From a bacterium (GTDB lineage: Bacteria > Krumholzibacteriota > Krumholzibacteriia > LZORAL124-64-63): DNA of 64,000 nucleotides. The DNA lies in the NCBI GenBank assembly GCA_031441465.1, contig JANOEP010000010.1, forward strand, positions 64,001 through 128,000, in the 5' to 3' direction. The notes below the pieces were generated by a model. That model did no database searches. It was not told the DNA's origin and was given only the letters and a program-made list of their open reading frames with translations. Below are positions 1-9,628 of this stretch, one piece after another. The translations under genes and the position numbers were made by a program. How positions within the stretch are numbered: the first letter of the stretch is position 1; the number at the start of each line of letters is the position of its first letter.

Positions 1-136
1 GGTACTCGACGACGCTCGCCGCACGGTGCGTGTCCTCGCCCGCCAGCAAGTAGACACACCGGAACGTGCCGGCCGCCAGTTCCCGGCGCAGGGCCGCGAA
101 GTCGGGGCCGTCGCTGCGGCCGCCCCAATTCGCCAT
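1..136 (-). CDS. holA: DNA polymerase III delta subunit, N-terminal part (runs off the window)
   Basis: Hand translation from ATG at 136: MANWGGRSDGPDFAALRRELAAGTFRCVYLLAGED, resembling the HolA N-terminal VYLLxGE motif. The ATG overlaps the lptE stop (ATGA), and lptE-holA synteny is common. Confidence 0.7.
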   Translation of the reverse strand, partial: MANWGGRSDGPDFAALRRELAAGTFRCVYLLAGEDTHRAASVVEY

Positions 137-681
137 CACCAGTCCTCCACGATCGAACCCAGAACCTCGCGCACGATCTCGGCCGCCGCCTCGCTGCGGG
201 CCGTCAGCTCGCTGGTGGCGCCGTCGCCCAGGATGAAGTTGCCGCTGCCGTTGAGCCGCTTGCGGGTGAACACATTCTCGCCGCCGTCCAGGCGGCGCAT
301 GGTCAACTCGACGGAGATCTGCACCTGGTATTCGTCGACCTGCATGTTGCCGCCGGTGGCCGAGGAAAAGGCTTCGCGGAGCTTGTAGCCGACCACACGG
401 CCGGACAATTCGGTGCGGGCGGCTTCGGGGCCGACCACGCGCAGGGTGTTGTCGTCCTGCAGGGCGGTGATGATGGCCTCGGTCAGTTCGATCTCGATGT
501 TGGGTTCGGCGGTGGCGTTCTCGAGGTACGGCACGTTGACCCAACGCAGGGAATCATCGACACGGCCGCTGCTCGTGGAATAAGCGCCGCAACCGCCCGC
601 CAAGACAGACAGGGCCATCAGGCCCGCCCCAGCCAGGATCCCGGCGCCTCGACGTCGCAGATCACCATTCCGCAGGTTCAC
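136..681 (-). CDS. lptE: LptE-family LPS assembly lipoprotein
   Basis: Lipobox LAGGC, then VNVPYLENATAEPNIEIELTEAI, which is typical of LptE-like proteins. Lies upstream of holA. Confidence 0.75.
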   Translation of the reverse strand: MNLRNGDLRRRGAGILAGAGLMALSVLAGGCGAYSTSSGRVDDSLRWVNVPYLENATAEPNIEIELTEAIITALQDDNTLRVVGPEAARTELSGRVVGYKLREAFSSATGGNMQVDEYQVQISVELTMRRLDGGENVFTRKRLNGSGNFILGDGATSELTARSEAAAEIVREVLGSIVEDW

Positions 682-2083
682 GTACTTCCTCGCTGATTTT
701 GTACATCTTCAATCTATATCGCAACTTATCGCGATTCATACCCAGGAGTTCCGCCGCGCGGGTCTGGTTGCCGCCCGCCTGGGCCAGCGCCTGCCGCACG
801 CAACGTTCCTCGGCCCGGGCGAGCGTCTCTTCGAGATGCAGACCCGCCGGGGGCAACGTCCCGCCCATCAGGGCCGTGAAGTCCTCGTCCGGGGGAGGCG
901 ATCCACGCGGCGCGTCGGGCAGGTTGAGCTGGGCGGCGTCGAGGGCCTCCCCCTCCCCCAGCAGCACGGCGCGCTCGATGACGTTGCGCAGCTCGCGGAT
1001 GTTCCCCGGCCAGGCGTAGGCCAGCAGGGCGCCCGGAGCGTCCGGCGCCAGACCGGTCAGGCGCTTGTGGAACTGCAGCGCATAGATCCGCAGAAAATGA
1101 TCCGCGAGCGGCAGGATATCCTCGGGTCGCTCCCGCAACGACGGCACCCTCAGGGGGACCACCTTGAGCCGGTAGTAAAGGTCATCGCGGAACGTCCCGG
1201 CGCGCACCATGGCCGCCAAGTCGCGGTTCGTCGCGGAGATGAGGCGCACGTCCACCGTGATGTCCTTGAGCCCGCCCACCCGGCGAAAGACCTGGCGCTC
1301 GAGGACGCGCAGCAGTTTCACCTGCAGGGCCGGTGCCATCTCGCCGATTTCGTCCAGGAACACCGTGCCGTGGTGCGCGAGTTCCAGCAGCCCCTGCTTC
1401 TGCTGCACGGCGTCGGTGAAGGCGCCCTGCTCGTGACCGAACAGCTCGCTCTCGAGCAGCTTTTCGGGCAGGGCGGCGCAGTTGATCTCCAGGAACGCCT
1501 TGTCGCTGCGCTGGGAGCTGGCGTGGATCAGGTTGGCCAGCACGTCCTTGCCGACGCCGGACTCGCCCTCGATCAGGATCGAAGTCTTCTCCCCCTGCGC
1601 GATCTTGCGGACCGTGGCGTAGATTTCCTGCATCGCGGGGGCCACGCTCATCACCATCCCCGGCGTCCGGGCGAAACCCCGGTTCCGGCGTCGCAGGGCG
1701 GCGAGTTCGGCGGCGTCCCGCGTCGCCTCGAGGCCGCGCCGGATGGCCAGGTGCAGCTGCTCGATCTTGAAGGGCTTGCGGATCACGTCGAAGGCCCCGG
1801 CGCGCATGGCGTCGACCGCCGTCTCGAGGTCGACGTGGGCGCTCATGAGGATCACGCACATGCGCGGAAACTGGGCGCGGATCTCCCGCAGGACCTCCAG
1901 GCCGTGGCGGTCGGGCAGGACCAGATCCAGCAGGACCAGGTCGGGGATCAGCTCGTGGACGGCCGCCAGGGCCGTCTCGCCGTCGGCGGCCGTGCTGACG
2001 GTGTGGCCCTCGTGGGCGAGGGTCTGTCGCAGGAACTGCAGGATGGAGGCCTGGTCGTCGACCACGAGCAGCTGGGCGGACAT
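662..2083 (-). CDS. Sigma54-dependent response regulator (REC-AAA+-Fis HTH, NtrC/AtoC family)
   Basis: Receiver domain (VVDD...LLDL), Walker A GESGVGKD, ESELFGHEQGAFTDA loop, WPGNIRELRN, C-terminal GNQTRAAELLG HTH. Confidence 0.95.
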   Translation of the reverse strand: MSAQLLVVDDQASILQFLRQTLAHEGHTVSTAADGETALAAVHELIPDLVLLDLVLPDRHGLEVLREIRAQFPRMCVILMSAHVDLETAVDAMRAGAFDVIRKPFKIEQLHLAIRRGLEATRDAAELAALRRRNRGFARTPGMVMSVAPAMQEIYATVRKIAQGEKTSILIEGESGVGKDVLANLIHASSQRSDKAFLEINCAALPEKLLESELFGHEQGAFTDAVQQKQGLLELAHHGTVFLDEIGEMAPALQVKLLRVLERQVFRRVGGLKDITVDVRLISATNRDLAAMVRAGTFRDDLYYRLKVVPLRVPSLRERPEDILPLADHFLRIYALQFHKRLTGLAPDAPGALLAYAWPGNIRELRNVIERAVLLGEGEALDAAQLNLPDAPRGSPPPDEDFTALMGGTLPPAGLHLEETLARAEERCVRQALAQAGGNQTRAAELLGMNRDKLRYRLKMYKISEEVREPAEW

Positions 2084-2118
2084 CTCACCTCCGGCGGAGT
2101 GCGGCGGACTTCGGCGCG

Positions 2119-2147
2119 ATTATCGAGGGGCGGGGCGCTCCTGGCAA
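2119..2147 (-). promoter_or_regulatory. Putative sigma70 promoter of the regulator-lptE-holA unit
   Basis: TTGCCA-N17-GATAAT on the minus strand, about 35 bp upstream of the ATG. Confidence 0.5.
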
Positions 2148-2182
2148 GACCGAGTTGTCGCGGCGGGAACGCAGGGGCACGC

Positions 2183-2965
2183 TCAGTGGGCGCCTTCGCC
2201 CTCGAGCAGGACCCGGAAGGTCATGGCCAGGATCCGCAGGTCGGTCCTCAGGCTGAGGCTGCTGATGTACTGGCGGTCGAGGGCGACCTTGCGGCGGACC
2301 GACTCGACGTCGGTGTCGTAGCCGTTGATCACCTGGGCGAGGCCGGTGATGCCGGGCAGCACGATCAGCCGGTCGTGGTAGCAGGGCACGTCGTTCTCCA
2401 GCTGGCGGATGAAGCAGAGGCGCTCGGGTCGCGGCCCGATGACGCTCATCTCGCCGCGCAGGACGTTGACGAACTGGGGGAACTCGTCCAGTCGGGACTT
2501 GCGCAGGATGCGGCCGATGCGGGTCACCCGGACGTCCTGCTTCGTGGCCCACTGCGGTCCCTGCGCCTCGGCGTCCTGCCGCATGGTGCGCAGCTTGTAG
2601 ATCCGGAAAGGGCGGCCGGGATAGACGACGCGGCGCCGCTCGGGGTAGGACGGGCACGGCGAGCGCCGTTGGCGGCGGTCGATGCCGATGCGGGACTGCA
2701 GGAAGAAGATCGGACCGCGGGAATCGAGCTTGATGGCCAGCGCGATCGCGGGCAGGAACGCCACGAACACCGCCAGGGCCCCGATCGCGAGTCCCACGTC
2801 GAGGCCGCGCTTGATCCCTTGGGCGTACGCCACCGCTCGCTCGGCGACGAGCTGGTCGTCGACGCCGTGCAACGGCTCGAGCAGACCGTCGCCGACCAGA
2901 GAGGTCCGCAGCGGTTGCCGGTCGTGCCGGGCTTCAGCCCGAAACGGATCGTTCTCGACTCTCAC
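2183..2965 (-). CDS. Bacterial sugar transferase (priming phosphoglycosyl transferase, short form)
   Basis: KRGLD, DSRGPIFFLQ, YKLRTM, DVRVTRIGRILRKSRLDEFPQFVNVLRGEMSVIGPRPE and PGITGLAQV motifs. Confidence 0.93.
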   Translation of the reverse strand: MRVENDPFRAEARHDRQPLRTSLVGDGLLEPLHGVDDQLVAERAVAYAQGIKRGLDVGLAIGALAVFVAFLPAIALAIKLDSRGPIFFLQSRIGIDRRQRRSPCPSYPERRRVVYPGRPFRIYKLRTMRQDAEAQGPQWATKQDVRVTRIGRILRKSRLDEFPQFVNVLRGEMSVIGPRPERLCFIRQLENDVPCYHDRLIVLPGITGLAQVINGYDTDVESVRRKVALDRQYISSLSLRTDLRILAMTFRVLLEGEGAH

Positions 2966-3069
2966 GAGAGGAGCCTCGCTTCCCTACTGGTGACGCGCTG
3001 CCGACCCCGTGGCGGCGCCTGATGGCCGGACTCCGCGACGTCACACATCCCTCGGGCGAGGATGCACCG

Positions 3070-3098
3070 ATTATACAGGAATTGGCGCGGTCTTTCAA
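3070..3098 (-). promoter_or_regulatory. Putative sigma70 promoter of the sugar transferase
   Basis: TTGAAA-N17-TATAAT on the minus strand. Confidence 0.65.
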
Positions 3099-3191
3099 GA
3101 TTATCGGTTGGTGCGGGAATTACTTGAGCGTGGAACCGGGGGAAGGACGAAGCCCGCATCTCATTGCGAGATGCGGGCTTCCGGGCCGGCG

Positions 3192-4172
3192 TCAGTTGAG
3201 GCGGGTCACCGCGAGCGACACGGCGGCCGCCGTCGAGATCGTGCCCAGGAGGATCGGGTAGATCGTCCGGAAAAAACCCGCCGCGTGCTGGGGCACCTGG
3301 ACCGTATCCCCGGGGTGCACCAAGGGGTTGCCCACGAGATCGCCCCGCTGCAGAAAGGAGACGAGGTCCACCGGTTGCGAGGTGTGGCGGCCCTGCTGGT
3401 CGGCATGGACCCACCAGACTTTCTTGAGGTCGCCGGTCTCGACCGGCGCGCCGGCGAGCATCAGCACGCTCAGCAGCCGCGTCGGTTCGTTGATGAGGTA
3501 CGTCCCGGGGGCGGCCACGCCGCCGAACACCTGGACGCCGCGCGCCGGCGCCACCAGCGCCGCCGCGTTGCCGGGCACGATGACGGTGTCGCCGGTCTTC
3601 AGGAAGACCGGGTCCGCGGGGCCGCTGCCGGTCAGGATGCCGCTGATGTCGTGGACCGCCGACATGGTCGCCCCCGTCCCTTCGGCCACCACGCGCACCT
3701 GCGTGAGGTTGGCGTCGGGAGCGGGCCCGCCCGCGGCACGCACCACGTCCCAGAGCGACGGTTCCGCTTCGAAGGTGTAACTGCCGGGGTTCGCAACCGA
3801 CCCCAGGATGTAGACGCGCAGGGCGTTGTACTGCATGACGGTCAGCGAAACGTCGGAGATCTCGCGGTTGAAGAGGCGCAGCTTCTCCAGCACGAGCTGC
3901 TCGGCTTCGCGGAGGGTCAGCCCCGACATCGACACTTCGCCGACCAACGGCACCACGGCGGTGCCGTCGGGACGGACGGTGAGGCTGCGGTCGAGCGTCG
4001 GCTGCTGCAGGACGTTCAACTGCACCACATCGCCGCTGCCGAGACGGTAGGCGGCGGGCGGCTGCGCCGGGATGGTCGGCGACGGCGCCGGGTCGGTGGG
4101 CGACTGCGCCGGCGCGACGGTCGCGGCGGCGAGCAGCAGCGCGGCGAGCAGGCAGACGGTGCGACGATTCAT
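3192..4172 (-). CDS. Polysaccharide export protein, Wza/SLBB-domain family
   Basis: Signal peptide, YRLGSGDVV and VRPDG..VPLVGEV (Poly_export), two SLBB repeats (GSVANPG, GGVAAPG), C-terminal hydrophobic helix. Confidence 0.9.
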   Translation of the reverse strand: MNRRTVCLLAALLLAAATVAPAQSPTDPAPSPTIPAQPPAAYRLGSGDVVQLNVLQQPTLDRSLTVRPDGTAVVPLVGEVSMSGLTLREAEQLVLEKLRLFNREISDVSLTVMQYNALRVYILGSVANPGSYTFEAEPSLWDVVRAAGGPAPDANLTQVRVVAEGTGATMSAVHDISGILTGSGPADPVFLKTGDTVIVPGNAAALVAPARGVQVFGGVAAPGTYLINEPTRLLSVLMLAGAPVETGDLKKVWWVHADQQGRHTSQPVDLVSFLQRGDLVGNPLVHPGDTVQVPQHAAGFFRTIYPILLGTISTAAAVSLAVTRLN

Positions 4173-4205
4173 CGGTTCCCTCCGGAGCCAGCGTGGTCGG
4201 ACGTC

Positions 4206-5144
4206 TCAGACTCTCTGTTCCCGATACCAGGCCACGGTGCGCGCCAGGCCGGTGGCGAAGTCGATCTGGGGTTCGTAGCCGATCACTTCCCGGGCCAGCG
4301 AGATGTCGGCCTGCGAGTGCGGCACGTCGCCCGCGCGCGCGGGACCGTGGATGGCCGGCAGGTCCGAACCGGCGTGGCGCTGGATCAGCGCGTACAGTTC
4401 GTTGAGCGAGAAGCGGTCCCCGCAGGCCACGTTCACGGTGCGTCCGCCCGGGTCGGGCGCCTCGGCCGCGCACAGGTTCGCATGCACGACGTTGTCGATG
4501 TACGTGAAGTCGCGCGAGAAGCTGCCGTCGCCGTTGATGACGGGGGCCTCCCCCGCCAGCAGCTTGGTGATGAAGATGGGCACGACGGCCGCGTACTGGC
4601 TCTTCGGGTCCTGCCGCGGGCCGAACACGTTGAAGTAGCGCAGCCCGACGCAGCTCAGGCCGTACAGCTGCGAGAACACCGACAGGTACAGCTCGCCCAC
4701 GTACTTCTGAACCGCGTACGGGGACATCGGGTCGTACCGCATGTCCTCGCGCTTGGGCAGGCTGGGCGAATCGCCGTAGGCGGAGCTGCTGGCCGCGTAG
4801 ACCAGCCGCTTGACGCCGGCGTCGCGCGCGGCGACCAGCATGTTCAGCGTGCCGTCGACGTTGTGCAGGTGCGAAGTGACCGGGTCGTCGACGCTCCGCG
4901 GCACCGAGGCCAGGGCGGCCTCGTGGAAGACGACGTCGACATCCTGGCAGCAGCGCCGGGCGGTTTCGGGGTCGGTGATCGAACCCTCCACGAACGTGAT
5001 CCCGTCGCGCACGGCCGCCAGGTTCGCGAGCTTGCCGGTGGACAGATTGTCCAGGACCGTCACCCGATCGCCGCGCGCGACCAGGGCCGCCGTGAGGTGT
5101 GAACCGATGAAGCCGGCGCCGCCGGTCACCAGGCATGTCTTCAT
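4206..5144 (-). CDS. NAD-dependent nucleotide-sugar epimerase (WbpP/TviC-like SDR)
   Basis: TGGAGFIGS, SVPRS, YAVQK (YxxxK), LRYFNVFGPRQDP, RDFTY. Confidence 0.93.
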   Translation of the reverse strand: MKTCLVTGGAGFIGSHLTAALVARGDRVTVLDNLSTGKLANLAAVRDGITFVEGSITDPETARRCCQDVDVVFHEAALASVPRSVDDPVTSHLHNVDGTLNMLVAARDAGVKRLVYAASSSAYGDSPSLPKREDMRYDPMSPYAVQKYVGELYLSVFSQLYGLSCVGLRYFNVFGPRQDPKSQYAAVVPIFITKLLAGEAPVINGDGSFSRDFTYIDNVVHANLCAAEAPDPGGRTVNVACGDRFSLNELYALIQRHAGSDLPAIHGPARAGDVPHSQADISLAREVIGYEPQIDFATGLARTVAWYREQRV

Positions 5145-5163
5145 GTTCCCTCCGTGTTCCCGT

Positions 5164-6459
5164 CTAGAGCTTGAACAGATGCTCGCTGCGGTGACCCTTC
5201 AGCGCGTTGCGCGTGTCGACGACCGGCTTGCCGGTCTTCAGCAGCAGCGCGTGGTCGACGTTGCGGTGCGGGGTGACGATCACCGCCGCATCGAACGCCT
5301 TCAGGGCCTCGAGGTTCCAGTCCTGCAAGCGGGGCGTGGACTCGAACCCGTGCAGCGACGCCACGTGCGGATCGTACCAGGACACCAGCGCGCCGCGCTT
5401 GTGCAGGAGTTCCATGATATCCAGGGCCGGAGATTCCCGCACGTCGTCGATGTTCGGCTTGTAGGCCACGCCGACGCAGAGCACGCGGCTGCCCTTGACG
5501 GAGCGCTCGACGCTGTTGAGCGCCTCGGCGACCAGCCCGGCCACGTGCCGGGGCATGCCGCCGTTGACCTGGCCGGCCAGCTCGATGAAGCGGGCCTCCA
5601 TGCCGAACTGGCGCGCCTTCCACGAGAAGTAGAACGGATCGATGGGGATGCAGTGGCCGCCCAGTCCCGGGCCCGGGTAGAACGGCATGAAACCGAAGGG
5701 TTTCGTGGAAGCGGCGTCGATGACCTCCCAGACGTCGATGCCCATCGAGTCGCACATCAGGGCGATCTCGTTGACCATGCCGATGTTCACGCTGCGGAAC
5801 GTGTTCTCGAGCAGCTTGACCGTCTCGGCGACGCGGGCGTTGCTGACCGGAACCACCTTCTCCATGACCTGGCCGTAGAGGGCCGCGGCCGCCGCGGTGC
5901 AGGCCGGCGTCACGCCGCCGACGACCTTGGGGATGTTGCGGGTCTGGTAGACCGGGTTGCCCGGGTCGACGCGCTCCGGGGAGAACGCGAGGTGGAAGTC
6001 CTTGCCGACGACCAGGCCGCCCTCGTGCAGGCGCGGCAGGATGACCTCTTCGCAGGTGCCGGGGTAGGTGGTGCTCTCCAGGATCACCAGCATCCCGGGA
6101 TGCAGGCGCGGCGCGATGACGTCGACGGCCGACTGGATGAAGCTCATGTCGGGATCGTGCGTCTTGCTCAGGGGCGTCGGCACGCAGATGTTCACGCTGT
6201 CGCACAGGGACAGGACCTCGGGCTCGGTCGTCGCGCGCAACAGGCCGGCGTCGACGGCGGCCTTCACCTCGGCGGCCGGCACGTCGATGATGTAGCTGTC
6301 GCCCCGGTTCAGGGCCGCGACCTTGCCTTCATCCAGCTCGATGCCCGTGACCTTGAAGCCCGCCTTGCAGTACTCGATCGCCAGGGGCAGGCCCACATAG
6401 CCGAGACCGATGACGGCGAGGTGCGCGGTGCGGTTCTGGAACTTCTCCTGGATCATCAT
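5164..6459 (-). CDS. UDP-N-acetylhexosamine 6-dehydrogenase (WbpA/TviB-like)
   Basis: GLGYVGLP, CVPTP, ESTTYPG, SPERVDPGN, KLLEN, GPGLGGHCIPIDP. Start moved to the ATG following a GAGGA RBS. Confidence 0.93.
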   Translation of the reverse strand: MMIQEKFQNRTAHLAVIGLGYVGLPLAIEYCKAGFKVTGIELDEGKVAALNRGDSYIIDVPAAEVKAAVDAGLLRATTEPEVLSLCDSVNICVPTPLSKTHDPDMSFIQSAVDVIAPRLHPGMLVILESTTYPGTCEEVILPRLHEGGLVVGKDFHLAFSPERVDPGNPVYQTRNIPKVVGGVTPACTAAAAALYGQVMEKVVPVSNARVAETVKLLENTFRSVNIGMVNEIALMCDSMGIDVWEVIDAASTKPFGFMPFYPGPGLGGHCIPIDPFYFSWKARQFGMEARFIELAGQVNGGMPRHVAGLVAEALNSVERSVKGSRVLCVGVAYKPNIDDVRESPALDIMELLHKRGALVSWYDPHVASLHGFESTPRLQDWNLEALKAFDAAVIVTPHRNVDHALLLKTGKPVVDTRNALKGHRSEHLFKL

Positions 6460-6539
6460 CCCCATCCTCTTTTGTTCTGGCGCCGGTCGGCGGCGGACGG
6501 CGTCCGCGGCAGGCGTACCGACGCGACCGGACCGCGAAA

Positions 6540-6555
6540 AGCAAGGGGAGTGCCA
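6540..6555 (-). promoter_or_regulatory. Sigma54 (-24/-12) promoter
   Basis: TGGCACTCCCCTTGCT matches TGGCAC-N5-TTGCW, about 80 bp upstream of the dehydrogenase start. Confidence 0.8.
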
Positions 6556-6626
6556 CAAACCCTGGGAACCTGGGACCGGTTTCAGGCCGTCCCCACCCGG
6601 GTGCGCCGCCGGCGCCACCCCCCTAC

Positions 6627-6639
6627 CAACTATTTGATT
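6627..6639 (-). promoter_or_regulatory. IHF-binding site
   Basis: AATCAAATAGTTG matches WATCAA-N4-TTR within an AT-rich patch upstream of the sigma54 promoter. Confidence 0.6.
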
Positions 6640-6849
6640 TCAAACATGTTAAGAACGGTGCGGCGTACTGTCAAGACCAGCCTGGACCGTGCCGGGCCCG
6701 GCGCCGGAATCCCGCCGCGGCGGCCCCGCCCGGTGCGGTGATGAACAAAAAGGTGGTGTGCCCCGAGCTTGAAACTGACCAGCAGCGGCGCCGCTCATAG
6801 AAGAAGGGTCTCCGGCCAGTCCAGAAACCCTCCGTTTTTCTTCGAGTTC

Positions 6850-6926
6850 TGGTACGCCCGGCGGGATTCGAACCCACGACCTCTTGCTCCGGAGGCAAGC
6901 GCTCTATCCAGCTGAGCTACGGGCGC
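6850..6926 (-). tRNA. tRNA-Arg(CCG)
   Basis: GCGCCCGTAGCTCAG...CTTGC-CT-CCG-GA-GCAAG...GGTTCGAATCC...CGGGCGTACCA. TTGACC-N17-GATACT promoter upstream. Confidence 0.97.
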
Positions 6927-6967
6927 ACGTGGAGCGGCAGCTAGTATCGCCGCTGAGGGTGCAGGGG

Positions 6968-8728
6968 TCAACCGGCTTTTACCCGGCCACTTCGGCCGTC
7001 GGCGGGCACCTCACGTCCAGCCTCGCGCAGCAGGTCGCGGGCGTAGGACCGCTGGGTCTCAGCGCCTCCCTTGACCCCGGCGCCGCCGAGCAAGCGGGCG
7101 ATCTCGTCCACGCGGTGGGCGGGGTCCAGGCACGCGACCTCCAGCAGGGTGCGCCCGCCGACCAGGCACTTCCTCGCCTGCCAGTGGGTGACGCCGTGGA
7201 CCGCCATCGTCGGCAGGTGCGTGATGCAGAGCACCTGGGCGCCGGCCGACAGCCGCCGCAGCAGGCCCGCCACCGGCAGGGCGTTGTCCATACCCAGGCC
7301 GGCGTCGATCTCATCGAAGAGCAGCAGCGGCGGCTCCTCGTCCCGCCGGCGCAGGACCGTCAGGCCGAGGTGGATGCGCGATTTCTCACCCCCGGAGGCG
7401 ATCGCCGCCACTGGCGCTGCCTTCTCGCCGGGGTTGGTTCGCACGAACAGGTCCACGTCGTCGGCCCCGTCGGTCTGCAGGCGGCAGGCCGCGCCGTCGA
7501 TCGGCAGCTGGCCCTCGGGGTCCAGGCGCGGCGTCACGCGGAACTCGAGCGCGAGGTCCGGCAACGCCAGAGGACGGATCAGATCCTCGGCGGCCCGGGC
7601 GAGCCCCGGCGCGGCCTCCCGACGCAGGCGCCGCAGTTCGGAACAGGCGCTCGTCAGCGAGAGGACGGCGGTTTCCAGGACGTGTTCGAGTCCGGCCAGA
7701 TCGTCGTCGGCGGCCTCTTGGCGGGCCACCCGATCGCGCAGCCGCACCAGGAGGTCGGTCAGCTCCGCCACGTCGCAACGGTACTTGCGCTGGAGATCGT
7801 GGTAGAGCTGGGCCCGCCGCTCGAGTTCCTCGAGATCCTCCGGACCGGCGTCGAAACCGTCCAGGAAGCGCTCGAGGGTCCTCGCCGACTCGCCGGCCAG
7901 ATCCATGGCGGCGTGCAGATTCTCCAAGGCGCCGGCCAGCCGGCTGCTGCGGCCGGACTGACGTTCGAGTTCGTGAGCGGCGCGGGACAGGCGGGCGACG
8001 GCCCCCCGGTCCTCGTCGGTCACGGCTTCGAGGGCGGCCGCGGCCGCCGCCTGCAACTCCGCCGCATGCCGGGCGACGGCCAGGGATTCGGCGATCTCCG
8101 CCTCCTCGCCTTCCCGCAGACCCGCCGCCGCCAACTCGTCGCGCTGATAACTCCAGAGCGCGAGCTGCTCGCGGCCCGACGCCACGTCGCGACGCCGCTC
8201 GGCGAGTTCCGCTGCGGCTTGCTGCCAGGCCGACCAGGCCGTCCTGACGGCGGTGCGCTGGGCCAGGCCGCCGCCGAGTTCGTCCAGCAGGTCGCGGGCG
8301 TGGCCGGCCCGTTCCAGTTCCCGCTGCTGATCCTGGCTTTGCACCGTGATCAGCCACGGTCCGACTTGATCCAGCACTTGAAGGGAAGACAGAATACCGT
8401 TGATCAGCACACGGTTGCGTCCGGCGCGGCGCAGCTCCCGGCGGATGACCAGGACCCCGTCGGCGCCCGGCATCACACCGGCCTCGCGCAGACGGGCCAG
8501 GGTTCGGGGACGCTCGACAAGGTCGAAGACGCCTTCGACATAGGCCTCGTCCTCACCGTCGCGCACGAGATCCTTGGGCACCGGGGCGCCGGCCAGCACG
8601 GACAACGCGCCGGCGATCATCGATTTGCCGGCGCCCGTCTCGCCGGTCAGCATGGTCAGACCCGGTCCGACCGCCAAGACAAGGTCGTCGACCAGACCGA
8701 ACTGGGAGATGCGCAGGGAAACGAGCAT
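6968..8728 (-). CDS. recN: DNA repair protein RecN
   Basis: LTGETGAGKS, ASGGEKSR, LFDEIDAG, QVLCITHLP, coiled-coil middle. Follows NAD kinase. Confidence 0.95.
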   Translation of the reverse strand: MLVSLRISQFGLVDDLVLAVGPGLTMLTGETGAGKSMIAGALSVLAGAPVPKDLVRDGEDEAYVEGVFDLVERPRTLARLREAGVMPGADGVLVIRRELRRAGRNRVLINGILSSLQVLDQVGPWLITVQSQDQQRELERAGHARDLLDELGGGLAQRTAVRTAWSAWQQAAAELAERRRDVASGREQLALWSYQRDELAAAGLREGEEAEIAESLAVARHAAELQAAAAAALEAVTDEDRGAVARLSRAAHELERQSGRSSRLAGALENLHAAMDLAGESARTLERFLDGFDAGPEDLEELERRAQLYHDLQRKYRCDVAELTDLLVRLRDRVARQEAADDDLAGLEHVLETAVLSLTSACSELRRLRREAAPGLARAAEDLIRPLALPDLALEFRVTPRLDPEGQLPIDGAACRLQTDGADDVDLFVRTNPGEKAAPVAAIASGGEKSRIHLGLTVLRRRDEEPPLLLFDEIDAGLGMDNALPVAGLLRRLSAGAQVLCITHLPTMAVHGVTHWQARKCLVGGRTLLEVACLDPAHRVDEIARLLGGAGVKGGAETQRSYARDLLREAGREVPADGRSGRVKAG

Positions 8729-8729
8729 C

Positions 8730-9611
8730 TCAATCCCTGGCTCGTCGGCGCTTGATGGCTCCCCACTGGAGTTTGTGGCGCATGGCGCGGAAGAAGTCGC
8801 TGCGGGGGAACTTGACCAGCCGCACCGGATACTCGCTGCGGCTGTAGACGATGCGGTCGCCGCCGGCCACCGAGCAGGCCACTTGGCCGTCCGCGGTCAG
8901 GGTCGCCCCCTGCCGCGTGTCCGCGAACCGCAGTTCGACGGTCTTGTCCTCGGGGATGAGCAGGGGCCGGATCGCCAGGCTGTGGGGACAGATGGGCGTC
9001 ACGACGAACCCGCGCACGCTGGGGTGCACGATCGGACCGCCGGCGGACAGGTTGTAGGCCGTCGAGCCCGTCGGGGTGCTGACGATCAGGCCGTCGCCGA
9101 GGAAGCGGCCGAGGGTCACCTGGTCGATGCGGACCTCCATCTGGAGGGCGCGCGGCGACGGTCCCATGTTGACGACCAGGTCGTTGAGGGCTTCCAGTTC
9201 GATGTCGTCCCGGTCGGCGCGCACGACCCGGCCGCGGATGCGCGTGCGCTCGGTGACTGTGTAGTCGCCCGCGAACAGGTGGTCCAGGCTCTCGGTGAGT
9301 TCGGCCAGCGGGACATCGGTGAGGTAACCCAAGGAACCCAGGTTGATCCCCAGCAACGGCGTCGCGCGCCGGCCGATGGTGCGGGCCGCGCGCAGCATGG
9401 TGCCGTCGCCGCCGATGGCGACGACGACGTCGCAACGGTCGGGCAGCTCGTCGTCGCTGACAACCGTGACCCCCGGCGCGAACTCCGCGAGGTCGGAGGC
9501 GGCCAGCAGCGACACGCCGGCGCGCCGGCAGCACGCGGCGGCCTCGGCCACGGCGGCCGCGATTTCCGGCTTCGCGGGGTTGCCGAACAGTCCCAGTCTC
9601 TGGATCGGCAT
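8730..9611 (-). CDS. nadK: NAD kinase
   Basis: GGDGTML, GINLGSLGYL, ALND, DGLIVSTPTGSTAYNLSAGGP, TPICPH. True start is MPIQRLGLFGN at 9611. Confidence 0.95.
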   Translation of the reverse strand: MPIQRLGLFGNPAKPEIAAAVAEAAACCRRAGVSLLAASDLAEFAPGVTVVSDDELPDRCDVVVAIGGDGTMLRAARTIGRRATPLLGINLGSLGYLTDVPLAELTESLDHLFAGDYTVTERTRIRGRVVRADRDDIELEALNDLVVNMGPSPRALQMEVRIDQVTLGRFLGDGLIVSTPTGSTAYNLSAGGPIVHPSVRGFVVTPICPHSLAIRPLLIPEDKTVELRFADTRQGATLTADGQVACSVAGGDRIVYSRSEYPVRLVKFPRSDFFRAMRHKLQWGAIKRRRARD

Positions 9612-9628
9612 GGTGGCCGCCTGTCGTG

